This document shows positions 50,304 through 62,906 of a stretch of DNA of 64,000 nucleotides, one piece after another. The stretch is from Massalongia carnosa (Eukaryota). The notes under the pieces are model-generated. The model made no database searches and had not been told where the DNA came from. It worked only from the letters and a program-made list of their open reading frames with translations. Location: contig OZ287071.1 in the NCBI GenBank assembly GCA_965645245.1, forward strand, positions 496,001-560,000. Reading direction: 5' to 3'. Made by a program: the position numbers and the translations under genes. Position 1 is the stretch's first letter; every line of letters begins with the position of its first letter.

Positions 50304-50852
50304 TCATCGCCTGCTTTTCTTCAACCGAACCATCCCAAACAGCTCCCTCACCCACTCATCCACCCTTCCCGTGCCATCGTCGTCTTCCATGAACCCGGCT
50401 GGATCGAGCCATAGCCGGTGGTCGCGGGGCAGGAACTGCTCGAACTCCTCCACCAGATCCCCGTCGTCCGGGAACAGCAGGAAGATGCGAATATAGGCTT
50501 CCACGATCGTGCCGGTGCCTTCGGTCTGGAGGTATTCAAGGATGCGCCGGAATTGGCGGAATAGTTGGGGCTCGTAGTTGATGAGGGACTGGAGAGATGA
50601 GGGGGGTTAAGAGGCTGGGGATTTCCTTAAGTTTGAAAGGGGGGAACAGTTAAGGCCGAGGACGGGGTGGAAGGGGGGAATGTGCTTATCGGGTTGGTAT
50701 ATTCTGGTTTTCCGGGAAAATAGAAAGACGGGAAATATAAATAATTATGCCCCAGCAAGGGACTCACCTCGACTCTTTCGAAATATCCAAGCACATTGGC
50801 TAAAGGAGTGAGATTGGATCGCAGCGTAGAAATTCGGTGACCGAGAGGCCAT
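50304..50852 (-). pseudogene. Stand-alone Sin3-type PAH-domain gene with an apparent 1-nt frameshift; intron 50767-50589
   Basis: Spliced frame ANVLGYFERVE|SLINYEPQLFRQFRRILEYLQTEGTGTIVEAYIRIFLLFPDDGDLVEEFEQFLP fits the PAH pattern. The ATG at 50852 is one base out of this frame. Confidence 0.65.
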
Positions 50853-51993
50853 GGCTATCGAAGATCTAATATACGGTACAGCCTTTATTGTTCGACTCTA
50901 TCGATGGACAAGGTAACACGAGGAAACAAAGGGGGGGCGAGGACGAGACAAGTTGTATGGAGGCTCCATTGAGCGTTGACTAAACAACGACATTAAATAG
51001 GCAGCTGCGTTTGGAAACGCGGCGTCGTAGCGCCCTGTCCCTATACGGTAGCATCTCTCATTGCATAAATATATTTTTAAATAGGGCGTCGTGTCCTACC
51101 CAAGAAGCTTTGGGATCGCGGGGCTTTTCGGGTGGGTTCAGTCTGGAGCTCTGCTCTGCCCCCCAGGTTCGGTTGGATCAAAGCGGCTACCATATGCCAG
51201 TTAGAGCAGTCTTTGTAGACGTTGAACTAGACAGGCAGAAAAAGAAGGATCCAATATCTGCATGTGCAAAATCCATCTAATTATTCTCCTTCACCCCCTC
51301 AGTTCTTTCCTCCGTCTGGATTGCCCCTTTCTTCAGTTCCCCTGCAAGACCACAACTCGAAATACTGTCAAGTCTCTCACAGAAGACGAACATGCAACTT
51401 TGAATCTCGTTCCCACCACCCTGGACCGTCCTCGAAGCAATGTACACCTCCTTTTTGTAAAGCGCCTTGCTCGGGCTACACCCATCCATTTTCGTCAAGA
51501 GCTTCCGAATTGGTGAAAACCCTCGGTATTACACGACAAGAGTTGTGGAGCATCTTTGCACCTTTGGACAAGCATGAATGACGAGAAAAGAACATCAAAA
51601 TCAGATACTGAAACGATAAGTCCATGCAACAACGAATATCGAGTTCTAGAGAAAGAAAAAATAGGAACCATCCACAACGTTAAGAGCCCCTAAAACGTAA
51701 CAATTAAATCAGCAAAAAGCTACAACAAGAGCCCTTGTAGTAGATGCATTTTTGCGGTGTCCATTAGATTTCTCAATGCTAGGGCGGAAGTGATTCTTGG
51801 AATGTGAAGTTTGCTGCAAAATCGAGTGTCACGTGCCACAAGTACTGGGGAATTCCCGCAGAAAAGAACAGCCTCGTTCTCTCACCTCAGCTCTTCCAAA
51901 CCACATCTCCAATTCCTACTCCACCATTACCTCAACTTCACCCTCTATGTAAAAAAAACCCACCTTCATATTCACCCGAGTCCCCAAAAAGAA

Positions 51994-52986
51994 ATGGAAA
52001 CCCTTCGCAGCACGCTCCTCCCCCTAACCCGTAACCTGCCCCCTCCCCTCAACAGCGCCGCCCTCTCCCTCCTAGGCACAAGCTGCCACGCCGCCCTCGT
52101 GCTCAACCTCCAGCCAACGCAGCAATGTCTCAGCCTGCTTGCCTCGAAGCTCCTCGGCGTCGCCATCATCGCCGCCAGTCCGCTCGTAAAGCTAGACCAG
52201 ATCCGGAAACTGCTCCTTGCCCGCTCCGCGGCGGGGCTGTCGCTGCTGTCGTGCGCGCTGGAGACGCTCGCGTTCGGCGTGGGGCTGGCATATAACGCGC
52301 GGCAGGGGCATCCGTTCAGCACGTATGGGGAGACGGCGCTGATCGCGGCACAGAACGTGGTGATTGGGGTGTTGGTGTTGACGTATCGGGGGAGGAGGGG
52401 CGCGGTGGTGGGTGGGGTTTTGGCCGGGTTGGGAGCGCTCGGGTGGGCGGTGGGGGACGAGAGGGTGGTTGGGGATGGATCGTTGAGGGCGTTGCAGGTT
52501 GGGGCAGGGGTGGTGGGGGTTTTGGCCAAGGCGCCGCAGATTTGGACGGTGTGGAGGGAGGGGGGAACGGGGCAGTTGAGTGCGTTTGCGGTAAGTGGTC
52601 ATGTCTTTGTTCTTTGGGCGTTGATACTCGTGTTTCTCTCACTTCGCTTCTCCTTGGAGGTTCGAAAACCACTACCTACGCTCATCTGCTGATTTCTGGG
52701 ACAGGTCTTCATGTACCTGGCTGGGTCGCTGGCGCGGATTTTCACCACAATGAGGGAAGTGGGGGACAAGTTGATTCTGTACGGGTTTGTAGCGGGGTTT
52801 CTGCTCAATGCGGTGCTGGCGGCTCAGATGGTCTACTACTGGAGGAGCACGAGCGCAACGGCAAAATTACACACGGTGGAGGACAAGTCAAGTGAACGTA
52901 ATGCTATAAACTCAAGTCCGATGACGACAGGGGCCGCGAATCAAGCCAAAGGTCCCAAAGGTCCCACCACGCGCCGCAGAGGCTAA
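51994..52986 (+). CDS. MPDU1: Mannose-P-dolichol utilization defect 1 (PQ-loop) protein; intron 52591-52704
   Basis: CLSLLASKLLG, SAAGLS, PFSTYGE, KAPQIW, TGQLSAFAVF, GSLARIFTT. Confidence 0.85.
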
Positions 52987-53058
52987 TTAGATAACTGCAC
53001 CGGTTAATGATGACATTTCTGTTCCATGGCTGGCACCATTCTTTCTACAACCGAGGTA

Positions 53059-53784
53059 CTAGGCACTGTACACGACCATGATTGAGACCTTGGGTAGGTT
53101 GTGCTTGAGGGTTGACTCCACGTTTCCCAGGACCCCGCAGTCCAATTGACGATCCTCAAACACCATCGTAAGAGTCTCCAGCTCCACCATGTGTTGGAAA
53201 CGCTGGGCCCATTGGTCCGTCACGCCAAGCATGAGAGGTGGCCTCGGTGTCTTCTTGACCCTGATTACCACCTTGGTGCACCCGTTGCGGAGAAAATGGC
53301 AGAAAGCCATCCAGTCGCAGCGGCCCTCCACGCTCCAGAACTCGCACTCGAAAACCTGAATCCATATTTTCCTTTCCATCAATAGATAGGCTGGATTCAT
53401 CAGGCGCAGGCGCGCCACGTAGGCGGTCAGCTGGCCCAAGGGGCCGTGGACGATACCAGCGGGTGGTTTCCAGTGGAAGGGAAACTCTCCCATATCGAGG
53501 TACGTCTGGCTAGAGACGTGCCGGAGACTACGCGGGTGCGGGTAGGGAGAAAGTTCGCCGTGGTTGCTTACAAAACCCCCCCGGGAAGCGCTGTCGGCAG
53601 AGACGGAAGCGGCGCCTCCAACGCTATGAGCCATTGCTTGGTGGGCTATTGGCCGGGTTTGGCCTGACGACAACGATGATCTAGCCGCATAGAGCGCTGA
53701 AGCTGGGGGTGGATAGAACCCCGGGCGAGGCGGTGGGTAGGATGAGCAAGCCATCCCGTCTTGGCTTGACGATGGTTCGGACAT
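53059..53784 (-). CDS. Hypothetical protein
   Basis: Open frame of ~240 codons from ATG 53784 (MSEPSSSQ) with a globular-looking C-terminal half; no recognised motif. Confidence 0.5.
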   Translation of the reverse strand: MSEPSSSQDGMACSSYPPPRPGFYPPPASALYAARSSLSSGQTRPIAHQAMAHSVGGAASVSADSASRGGFVSNHGELSPYPHPRSLRHVSSQTYLDMGEFPFHWKPPAGIVHGPLGQLTAYVARLRLMNPAYLLMERKIWIQVFECEFWSVEGRCDWMAFCHFLRNGCTKVVIRVKKTPRPPLMLGVTDQWAQRFQHMVELETLTMVFEDRQLDCGVLGNVESTLKHNLPKVSIMVVYSA

Positions 53785-54339
53785 GGCTACTCCTGGGCTG
53801 TCAGAGGACTGGCGTGATGAGATAAGGGGGTTTGTCTGACCTTGCGATAAGGTTTTAAATGATGGGTGTTGAATGCAGATATATTGAATGCAAAACTTTT
53901 GAATATAGTACTTTTGCAACCGCTAGGTATGGGGAGTGAAAGGCTTTATAGGTGAAGTCTATGGAAGTGTGTTGATAAAGCGCGATCGTAACTTCCTTTT
54001 TATATTTGTAAGTCGAGGGTGATTAAATGGGTGGGAATTTTCCTCTTTCGTCCCTCTAAAATGGGTGCCTCTTACCTTCATGTTCGATTTGTAGCTTGCA
54101 TGTGAAAAGGACCTTCGACCATGTGAAAAAACATACGCATCTTGACCGAATCCATGGTTCCATGCTGGAGAGCTCGATATCTGGGTACAAAAGTTGGATA
54201 TTGTGCGCCCGAACCGGTCTTCGAACGAATGTTGCACGCATCCGGGTAGATACACAATCATGCCAACCCAAGATCCCCTCCGGTCCAAGTGGTCCAAATA
54301 GACAAGTCGTATGCCCCAACAGAACTGTCTCCAATACAA

Positions 54340-55031
54340 TCATAATTTTACCTCAATGCCTGTAATGAGAAACTTTAGCACATGCTCTAATGGCATAATC
54401 ACACTTTCGTCCTCCCCTTTCACGTCCACCTCCTGGTCTTCCTCGTCCTCATCCTGTTCGCCATTTAGCCTCCTTCTCAGCCCGGTGACCACATTATCCA
54501 CGCCCCCTTCTCTCTCCTCGTTCGTAAACTCTCCTCCCCACTCGTGCGACCTCGCCAGTTCGTTCGCCGCACCCCCGGCCCAATTCCACAACCCTTGGAT
54601 CTCCATCTTCCTCTCCTCCTCCTCCTCTCCCGTTTTCAATCCGCTAGCAACCCAGTCATCTACGGCCGGCTCGAGTTTCTTGCGCAGGAGCTGCCCGAGC
54701 AGCGGTTCTTGTGTTTTCCCCGGGAAATTAGGGAGGGGAAATACAGCGAGCGAGTTCAGGAGGCGTGCGTGGGTGGAGAGATGTGCAGAAATGGAGGTTA
54801 AGTTTTGGGAGATCACAGAGGCAAGGGATTGGAGAGATGTCCTGCGACTTCGGTCAGAGTCATGCATCGCATATATTGAGCGGAGCCGACATGGGGACGA
54901 ACTTACCAAGGGGGCAGAGGATCGGATTGGAGGATGTTCTGCTGGAGAGAGGCGAGAGAGTTTGTGAGCTGAGAGAGACGCTGACGTGTTTGCTCAAGAG
55001 CTTTGATCTCTTGCGGGCTAAGTGTGACCAT
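54340..55031 (-). CDS. MED8: Mediator subunit 8; intron 54906-54842
   Basis: Spliced MVTLSPQEIKALEQTRQRLSQLTNSL...SDPLPPWTSLQS...VFPLPNFPGKTQEPLLGQLLRKKLEP...VLKFLITG. Confidence 0.88.
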
Positions 55032-56904
55032 TATTCTCGAAGATTGTAAAAGAGAGTTTAGTTGCCACCTCGATGGAGTGAGATTACTGACTTGGTAGGT
55101 ACACAGTTACCTGTGATTGGTCAGTTACCCGAACCCTACAAACCCTACAAACCCTAGATCGTGACGGCTGAAAATAGGCGTGCGTGGCGTCCACCGATCA
55201 TTATTATCAACAGTAACATCAAGTCTATCATGTTTATGCCCAATTCTACCTCTACCGCCACAATCTGGCAAACAAGATCGTAGTCTTATGAGTCAACTGA
55301 TGGCCAAAGGCCATTTGGAACGGGGTCTTACGAGCCAGTGTTGATTTACCATACTTTTTATACGAGAGACAGGGGTGAACATGGTCAAAAAACCCGTATT
55401 GGAACATGGTCTTGTAAGCTTAGTGGCCTTATGGGGCCCTTGAGCCTGGGATTTAAATCGCTGCACTACTAGTGCACCCATCCTTTCATCATCCTCTTTG
55501 ACAATCTGCAAGTATTCCAACAACCAGGGCCAGAATAGCTTAGCCGATCGGCTTGTAATGTTCTGTCATGACCCGTGTCAAGAGGTCTCGAATTCCTCTT
55601 GGGCCTTGAGGTCTCTTCCTCATAATACTGGCGGTACGAGTTCGTGGGAGTCCAGGCGTCAGATCCGAACCCATCAGCTATATAAGGCGTTCCTGATTAG
55701 CTTGATTGAGTTTCGCGGTGCTTGACCGCTCCGTAGTTGCGCTCTCTGTTCGGTGAGTTCTAAATAGAGATATCGCTGATTGAACCTCATCTAGCAAAGA
55801 ACCTTTTTTCCGCGGATGAAGCCATCGCAAGAGTGTAGTTCATTCTCCTTCCTCGCTTCGGAGGCTCCACGTCTTTTTCGCACCTTGGACCTTTTGTTAA
55901 TGCTTCAACAGGCACCTAATAGACGGGCCAGCAAACCTGCTCTCCTATCTCAATTCTGATATCGTTGGCTAAGCATTGTAACGAAGGTGTTTTCGCCCAT
56001 CGGTGGAGCCATTCTCGGGGTTGCAGCTTCCGTATGATTTCGCCTCTTCACAGCCATCGTCCAAGGAGAATGAAGGCTACATGGAAGAGAAAACAACAGT
56101 TATGGTATAGGAGGTCGAAACTGTTGGCGTTGTGACTAGTACTCGCTTCCACGCCGAAACTTGAGGGAAAAAACGATGTACCAAGTCTGTAACTACTGGT
56201 TTCTAGCACCTGCATGGCCGCCGTCTATTCGTTAAAAGCCCTTTCAACGGCATTCTCAATCAAAGCCCACGCTCGCAAGGGCATACTCCACAGGCATACC
56301 CAAATAATGCCTATCATAAGCCTATGTCTTCAAGGTCATCGGAAGCACCTTTTCTTTTGTCTATTCTATGACAGAAATAATTGTCACCACTCCATCGTCA
56401 CGTTGTAAAACTAGAATTTGGCGCCTTTGGTCTAGCAAAAATCGGTCTTAACTTGTAGAGTTCCTCACGGTAAGGTAGTTTCGGTTGTCCCTAGAGATCT
56501 AGAACTAGATCTTATAATCGTCGATCTTCGACTTCTCTATCTGCCCAGTAAATGAGCCCGTAGATCGTTGTACGGCTTCTCTCAATACAAGGCTGTGGTT
56601 GAAAAAGCAATCAATGTAGGCATTTTGGCTGGTCGTATTAATCTGTGGACGATTTCTAGTAAGAAACCAGTCGTCTGATCTCAAAGTCAGCGCCCGAATG
56701 AAAGTATTCAAGAAAAGCAACCCATTGATGGTACTTAAGTTCTCAGATCAATCATTTCATTCCTACAGGAACTTCAGTTAAACAGCATAGCTTATCCTTT
56801 GTCCTTCGTCTTGTCTAGATGTGTTGACGAGTCGTTTGGTTCAGCTGCTGTTAACTAAAAGTATTGGTTCGCAGATGAAAAAAAGGGAGAGAGGGAAAGA
56901 ACAA

Positions 56905-57126
56905 GAAAGAGAAAGAGAAAGAGAAAGAGAAAGAGAAAGAGAAAGAGAAAGAGAAAGAGAAAGAGAAAGAGAAAGAGAAAGAGAAAGAGAAAGAGAAAGA
57001 GAAAGAGAAAGAGAAAGAGAAAGAGAAAGAGAAAGAGAAAGAGAAAGAGAAAGAGAAAGAGAAAGAGAAAGAGAAAGAGAAAGAGAAAGAGAAAGAGAAA
57101 GAGAAAGAGAAAGAGAAAGAGAAAGA
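56905..57126. repeat. (GAAAGA)37 hexanucleotide microsatellite
   Basis: 222 bp of perfect repeat read directly. Confidence 0.97.
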
Positions 57127-58210
57127 AGAAACGGGAAAGACGAAAAGAAAACGAACGGGATGGACTGAAACGCATCCCATCTATGCCGCAAGGCAAAGCC
57201 AGGCCAAAGCACAAGGAACAAAACCAAGACCAATGGATTGGACCCCAGTCGAGCCGAAACGAAAGATCCTAGTTCATCCGTTGAACAAACCTGAGGATGA
57301 AAGAAAGAAGGGATTCTCAAAACCCTTTCAACAGAGCGAGTAAACTGTTCCGACTAGCCTCCAGGGGGGAACGAAGGGCGGACGGAGTAGAACAGTGAAC
57401 AGGTAGAAAAGAACCGATGAACGAGCAAAAAGACAGAGACTTAAAAAAGAGAACATAGAGTTGTGCCTCAACTGCGCTTTAAAAGGAGAAGAAGGGAAGG
57501 AAGAGAGGAAGATTTAGATATAGTATAATTAGGTAGGCAGGAAGGTAGATGAGGAGCTTGGGATATACGCGACAAGAAAATGACGAACGAAAGAAAAGGG
57601 AAAGGAAGAAGGAGGCAACGAGAGCACTACCATCCCTCCACCACGACGGTACCATATCACGAAAATGACTCTCTCTCGCCTGAGCAGCTGACTCCGTTGT
57701 GATTCCGCTATCCACCAAAACCAGCTCTGCTCACGCTGCAGAAACCTGCCTTTCTCTCTATCATGCCTCTACCCCCTAATATGTCACGCACCGTATCCAC
57801 TACATATATCCAACCCCCCTCTCACCAATATGCTGCTCCAAAGATAAATACAATATATACCCAGGGATAAACGTGAAAGGAAAGAAAAACATGGAAAGAA
57901 GAAAGGGAACTTTGATCCGATGGGTAGGAATGGACAGTATAGCTTGGACAGGTAGGTAGGTAGATATAGTATAACATGAGGGGAAGATCGAGTTTTTTGT
58001 TTTTAAAAAAAATGAAAAGGGAGATGGAAAGCTGATGTTGGATATCTTATGATAAGGAAGGAAATCAACCCCTACGATGAAGACAATAAAATCGATTCTG
58101 ACAACTCACCGTTCAACAATGAAGGTTCTTTACCTATAAAGTACCTCAAGAGCACTTTTCATATCAGACTGCGAAAACAACCAACCTGCCGTTGCGCAAG
58201 CGCCAATTCC

Positions 58211-60181
58211 TCACAGCTTCATGCCCAAGGCTTTATGCACCCTCAGCGCCTGCCTAATGCTCAAATCCAACATGATTTCCTCGCTCCCGCCCGGAATCGC
58301 ATATGCCCTAACGTCCCTATACAACCTCTCGACCTACATTTCAAGGGAATTCATGCAAATTAGCAAACACCGGTGATAACCCCAACAGAAACCCAAAAGA
58401 GGATAGAGACAGCATACCTTCCCCCCTTGCCCGCCACGACTGTAGCTTAAACCCCCAAATATCTGGCTCGCTTCCCGAGCGCAAAACTCAAACGTCACCG
58501 TTGCTTGCGCCTTCAAGCCTGCGATGGCGCCGCCGAGCTTGAGCATGGCTTCGGTCTCATGCATGACGTTACACTGGTAGACAACGTTCTCCAGCCAGTT
58601 GTAAGAGGCTTCAATTTGCCGTGCCATGTGGGCCAACTTAAGCCGGATAACCGGGTGGTCGATCAGTTTCTTGCCGAACGTGCGGCGTTTGTGCGCGTAT
58701 TTGACGGATTCCTCATAGCAAACACGGGAGAAGCGGATACATTGAATGATTATACCAATACGTTCATGATTGAAATTGGTCATAATTACTAGATTTGTGT
58801 CAGCATCAAAAGCTTTTGGGAACTTGACCGAAAAAGACTTCGCTACCTTTGAAACCTTGGTTTTCCTTGCCTATAAGGTTTTCCACTGGCACCTTGACGT
58901 CTTCAAACGTTATATAAGTGGTTCCGCTAGCCCAAACGCCCTGACAGTCCATCTTTCTGGTTTTTACCCCCCCATGCTCACGCTCTATGAGGAGACACGA
59001 AACTCCATTCATGCCCGGCTTTCCCGTACGGACAGCTGTTGTGAAGTAGTCGCACCAAATCCCGTTCGTGATCCACTTCTTCTCTCCATTGACGATATAA
59101 TGCTTCCCATCTTCGGTGAGTTTGGCTTCGCAGGTCAAATTGGCAACATCGCTACCGGCATCTGGCTCGGTAACAGCAAGACAGATTCTCTTATCTCCGT
59201 CTAGGATTCCCGGCAGTATCCTGTCAGTCAAGGATTTCTTGCCAAACTTGACTAGAGGCGGGCAGCCGATGCCAAAGCCACCGATTAGATTCCAGACAAG
59301 TCCTCCACTACCCGCTCTGGAGATTTCGTCCGTCACAAGCAGTTCGTGGAAAAGATCCCACTGCTCCGGCGGCACACTCTTTACTCGGTGACTGGTCAGA
59401 TGGGTTGGATATTTGTGAAGACCCATAAGTCCTGCTAAGTAGCCACGCTCGCCCATTTGCTTGTAGATTGTCTCGGGTACTCTCTTGGCCTCATCCCATT
59501 CTGCAACGTGAGGCTCAATCTCCAAATCTACCCACTCACGGACCTCCTTACGAAGGGCAGCATGGGATTCGTTGAAGTATGGTGAATGATACTATATGTC
59601 ATAAGCCAACGGCACCTTTGAGTAAGGGTTTTGCACACATACGCTGTGATACCACGATGGATCGGCGTATGGAATTATATCCCCAAATGCATCCAATGCC
59701 TCGGCATGCTCCTCCGCCTCCTTGCCGGGCATAGGTGCTACAGTTCCTGCCTCGGCTGATGGCCTTACAATCTCCTTTTCAGCCTTTGCTGGTGGTGAAG
59801 GGGTTGCGGGAGGTGTGGGAGGTTTAGCAGCCTGCTTCTTGCTATCCAATGATCCAACCTGCAGCTGGCCCTTGTATTTCTTGAGAATACCCTCGTTGTG
59901 GTACTTCCAGAATTGCTTCGATGCATCTTTGCCACCGACTCGCTGAAGGACTTAAGAGCAAGTTAGGTATAGTATGCTCTGAACAATGGAAGAGAGAGTC
60001 CATACTTTTCTGCCCGCCTGGTCCTTGTTAGCAAATGCAGCGTCTTAAAAGATTTACTTGGGCCACCTGGATGCTCCTCTTGAAACTTGGTCAGATCGTA
60101 GACGTCTTCGTCGACAATGATCCACAAGTCATTGGGCTTCTTATGTGCAGCAACATCACTCTGGGAGAAGGTCTTTGACAT
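58211..60181 (-). CDS. Acyl-CoA dehydrogenase with N-terminal cytochrome b5 domain; 6 exons including a 12-nt micro-exon
   Basis: LWIIVDEDVYDLTKFQEEHPGG (b5), CLAVTEPDAGSDVA, NGEKKWITNG, NFNHER, QIFGGLSY, AIPGGSEEIM. Introns at 60005-59951, 59642-59592, 58846-58789, 58417-58334, plus one ending at 60018. Confidence 0.92.
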
Positions 60182-61320
60182 TGTTCCGTATAGGTGATGA
60201 CGGAAGGTATGAATGCTGAGTTGTATGCACCGGCAAAGTCGCCGTTATCATACGCAACAAAGGAAAGGATTGGTGTAAGAGGATAGTGGTTGGGAGAAGG
60301 GGAAGGTTTGGATTCAATCACATGTCAAAGCCATCTAAGACGATTCCTCCGCCGCCGCCAGCCTCGGTCATTATCCCCGCTTTGGACCGTTGGAGTTTAC
60401 CTAGGTGATTACTTATTCAGGGACTCTGGACCACCGTCTCAAATCCAGATTGGCTAAAAACGTTCGTGTGACTATTCTCATTTCCGAGCGCATTCGTCAC
60501 TGGTTCTAGACCTCGGCAACACCAGATGTATGCCATCATGCATGCGTGGCTGACAGCCCCTATCTGCTAAAGGAGCGTGTGCTAAGCCCATATCAGCTAG
60601 GGGACTCGTATACATTTCAATTCACTCGTGAAAGCAAGTCTCTTTACGAAAGTTCTAAAGTAAGATTCTCCTCTACACCCCCGTTTAAACATCTACTCCA
60701 CCTTTAGAATCATTCGCATACTCATCACTCGATGAAAATCTAGCAATCTAGTCAAGCGCCATGTAACTATTGCTGGCTAAGGCTCCTTGTATAAAAAGGC
60801 TTGGGGTTTCCCACAGTTTTCGCCAACAGCAATCATAATGTTTGTTGAGGCTTGCGCTGTTAATTTATTTCGCCATTGCCATCATCGCGTCGACTAAAGC
60901 CGCCAGAATCTTCTCTCCATTTCCTTGGCCATGGAAGGTTCGTCTCAGAAAGAAGTCGAAGGCGGTGGATTAGAGGTCAAATCAACGGAAGGTGTGTGAA
61001 TGATATGATTACTGGGGAAATACCCTAGAGGAAGTCAACCAGACCTGGGAGATATCCATTTCTAGCTTGTATGGAAAGATCACTAGATATCAGATTATAA
61101 CCAAAAACGAGGTACGACTAGGTGTTTGATGACCAAATCGCTTTGAAAGGAACGGGAATGCAATGCCCTAGAAGTGATATATACCTTATATAAAAAAACA
61201 CAGCTAATGCTCAACCGCTGTGATAAGTAACGTCAGGCAAACAACGTACCAATCAACAAATATCAAAAACAAACCTATCAAATAGGTGTAGAGGTAGACT
61301 ATCTTAGATTGACTTTTCCA

Positions 61321-62906
61321 TCAGCTGGAGCTATGTTCCGGACACCTCCCTACTACCCATTTCTCCCATAGTTTTCGTTGATGGTAAAGTACATACGCTC
61401 CGTTATCGCCCAAGTCATCGGCACTGGCAGGATACGAGCTGCGCGAGCAGGTACAAAAAGGTAGGGATACAGGCGTATCAAGGGATAGGGCAAGCTCGTT
61501 CGCCTCCGGACCATGATCCGTATCGGCGTCACTATGATAGTCGGAATCTTCCTCTTCGCTGTCAATGTCGTCATCAGAGACGTTGAATTGCGTGGGAAAG
61601 TCGTCTTCGTTGTCGCTGTCGCTAGCGCCAGCCGTGGGATCATCGACCACCTCCATGCTTCCAGCCCATAGTTCATCAAAGTGCTTCGAGTAGTCCACTC
61701 GCCGTAGACTAACCCAATCCAGTAACTCCATCTCGGACCGAAGCATCGCAAGCACGTCTTTCCACATGCTGCCTTCTTTAAGATGTACGTCACGCAGCCG
61801 GAGTCCTCGAAGGGTCTTACTGTGCCGGCGCGCTAAGTTGATGATTTCGGAAGCGTCTAACCGCCAGGCCTGAATTCCAAAGGCCCGAAGTCGCTCCCAC
61901 TGCACATTGTGAAATATATCTTCGAGTTTTATGTCTATAGGCAGGCGCGAAGGAAAACCGATATGCAAAGCCTGTAGACTTTTTGCCGCTGAAAATACGG
62001 TTTTGAAAAGGTCTGACAACTCTCTCATTCTTTCGTTGAGATCCCAACCATCATCAAAATGAAGCTCGAGGCAGGTGAGACGAGAGGCAAGGAAGGAGAC
62101 GGTTTGCGGAATGCTTTTCTTGATGACTAGTGCACTTTGCGTATTCATCATCGGTCCCGAAAAGCGGCTGAATGGCGATCGGGTTTGCATTAGTGCCTCC
62201 CCGATCGTTTTCGTAGCGTGGATACAGGCAGGAGTCCATTTCAGCTCCACAATCGGTGCACCAGAACCTTCTCTCCCCTGTAGGAGATCAAGGAGGTACC
62301 TATCAGCCTCGTCTTGAACTCTGAGGATTTGTACATGTTGGAGAGACGTAAAAGCCGCCATTGCTTTATGAAGAATGCGAACGTCTTCTCCCGACTCCAC
62401 AATACTTTTTTGGTCTTCGGCTTTTCTTTTGATGTACGAAGCGTCTAGAGACGGCAAGCCCCCGGCATGAGCATGCAGTATGGTTTCCACGTGCTCGCCG
62501 CCTTGGTTTCCGTCAGCCTTGGCGCTAAAAGAGCGGATAAACGGTTTACCGCACCTTCACCATAGAAAAACGGAACAAGATAGCTAAATTTCCTCGTATG
62601 CTTAGCGAGATTGCTTCTGCTGCATATCCGCTCGAGTCTTCTCAAACCTGAAGGAGATAGACGTGTTGCGACTCGAGTCCATTGGTAGGGCGCTCCCAAC
62701 TCGGCGAACCTGCTACATACCAGGCGGAAGTGGCCAATGTCTTGCGCGCGAGAAGGTAATGGTGGGCTAGGAGGCCGAAAGCTTTCGACTGATAGATAAG
62801 CTCGACGGTCGATGCTCACTGAGATATCTGGGTCTGATTCGACGTGGTCGAGGATATCTTTAAGTAATTCGTTTGAGAGCTTCTGAATGTTTGCGGTCTT
62901 CGACAT
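61321..62906 (-). CDS. Conserved hypothetical F-box-like protein, 510 aa; intron 62554-62502
   Basis: IQKLSNELLKDILDHV...FRLVCSRF N-terminus, LRR-like LRGLRLRDV, acidic tract; splicing joins the two ORFs in frame. Confidence 0.75.

Noticed and set aside
51011..51680. Short ORFs between the PAH gene and MPDU1
   Set aside because: No motifs, conflicting frames and strands, no convincing splice signals.
55293..56070. Possible decayed minus-strand gene upstream of MED8
   Set aside because: Multiple stops and no recognisable domain.
56821..57320. ORFs with (ER)n, (LS)n, (SF)n, (FL)n
   Set aside because: By-products of the stop-free GAAAGA microsatellite.
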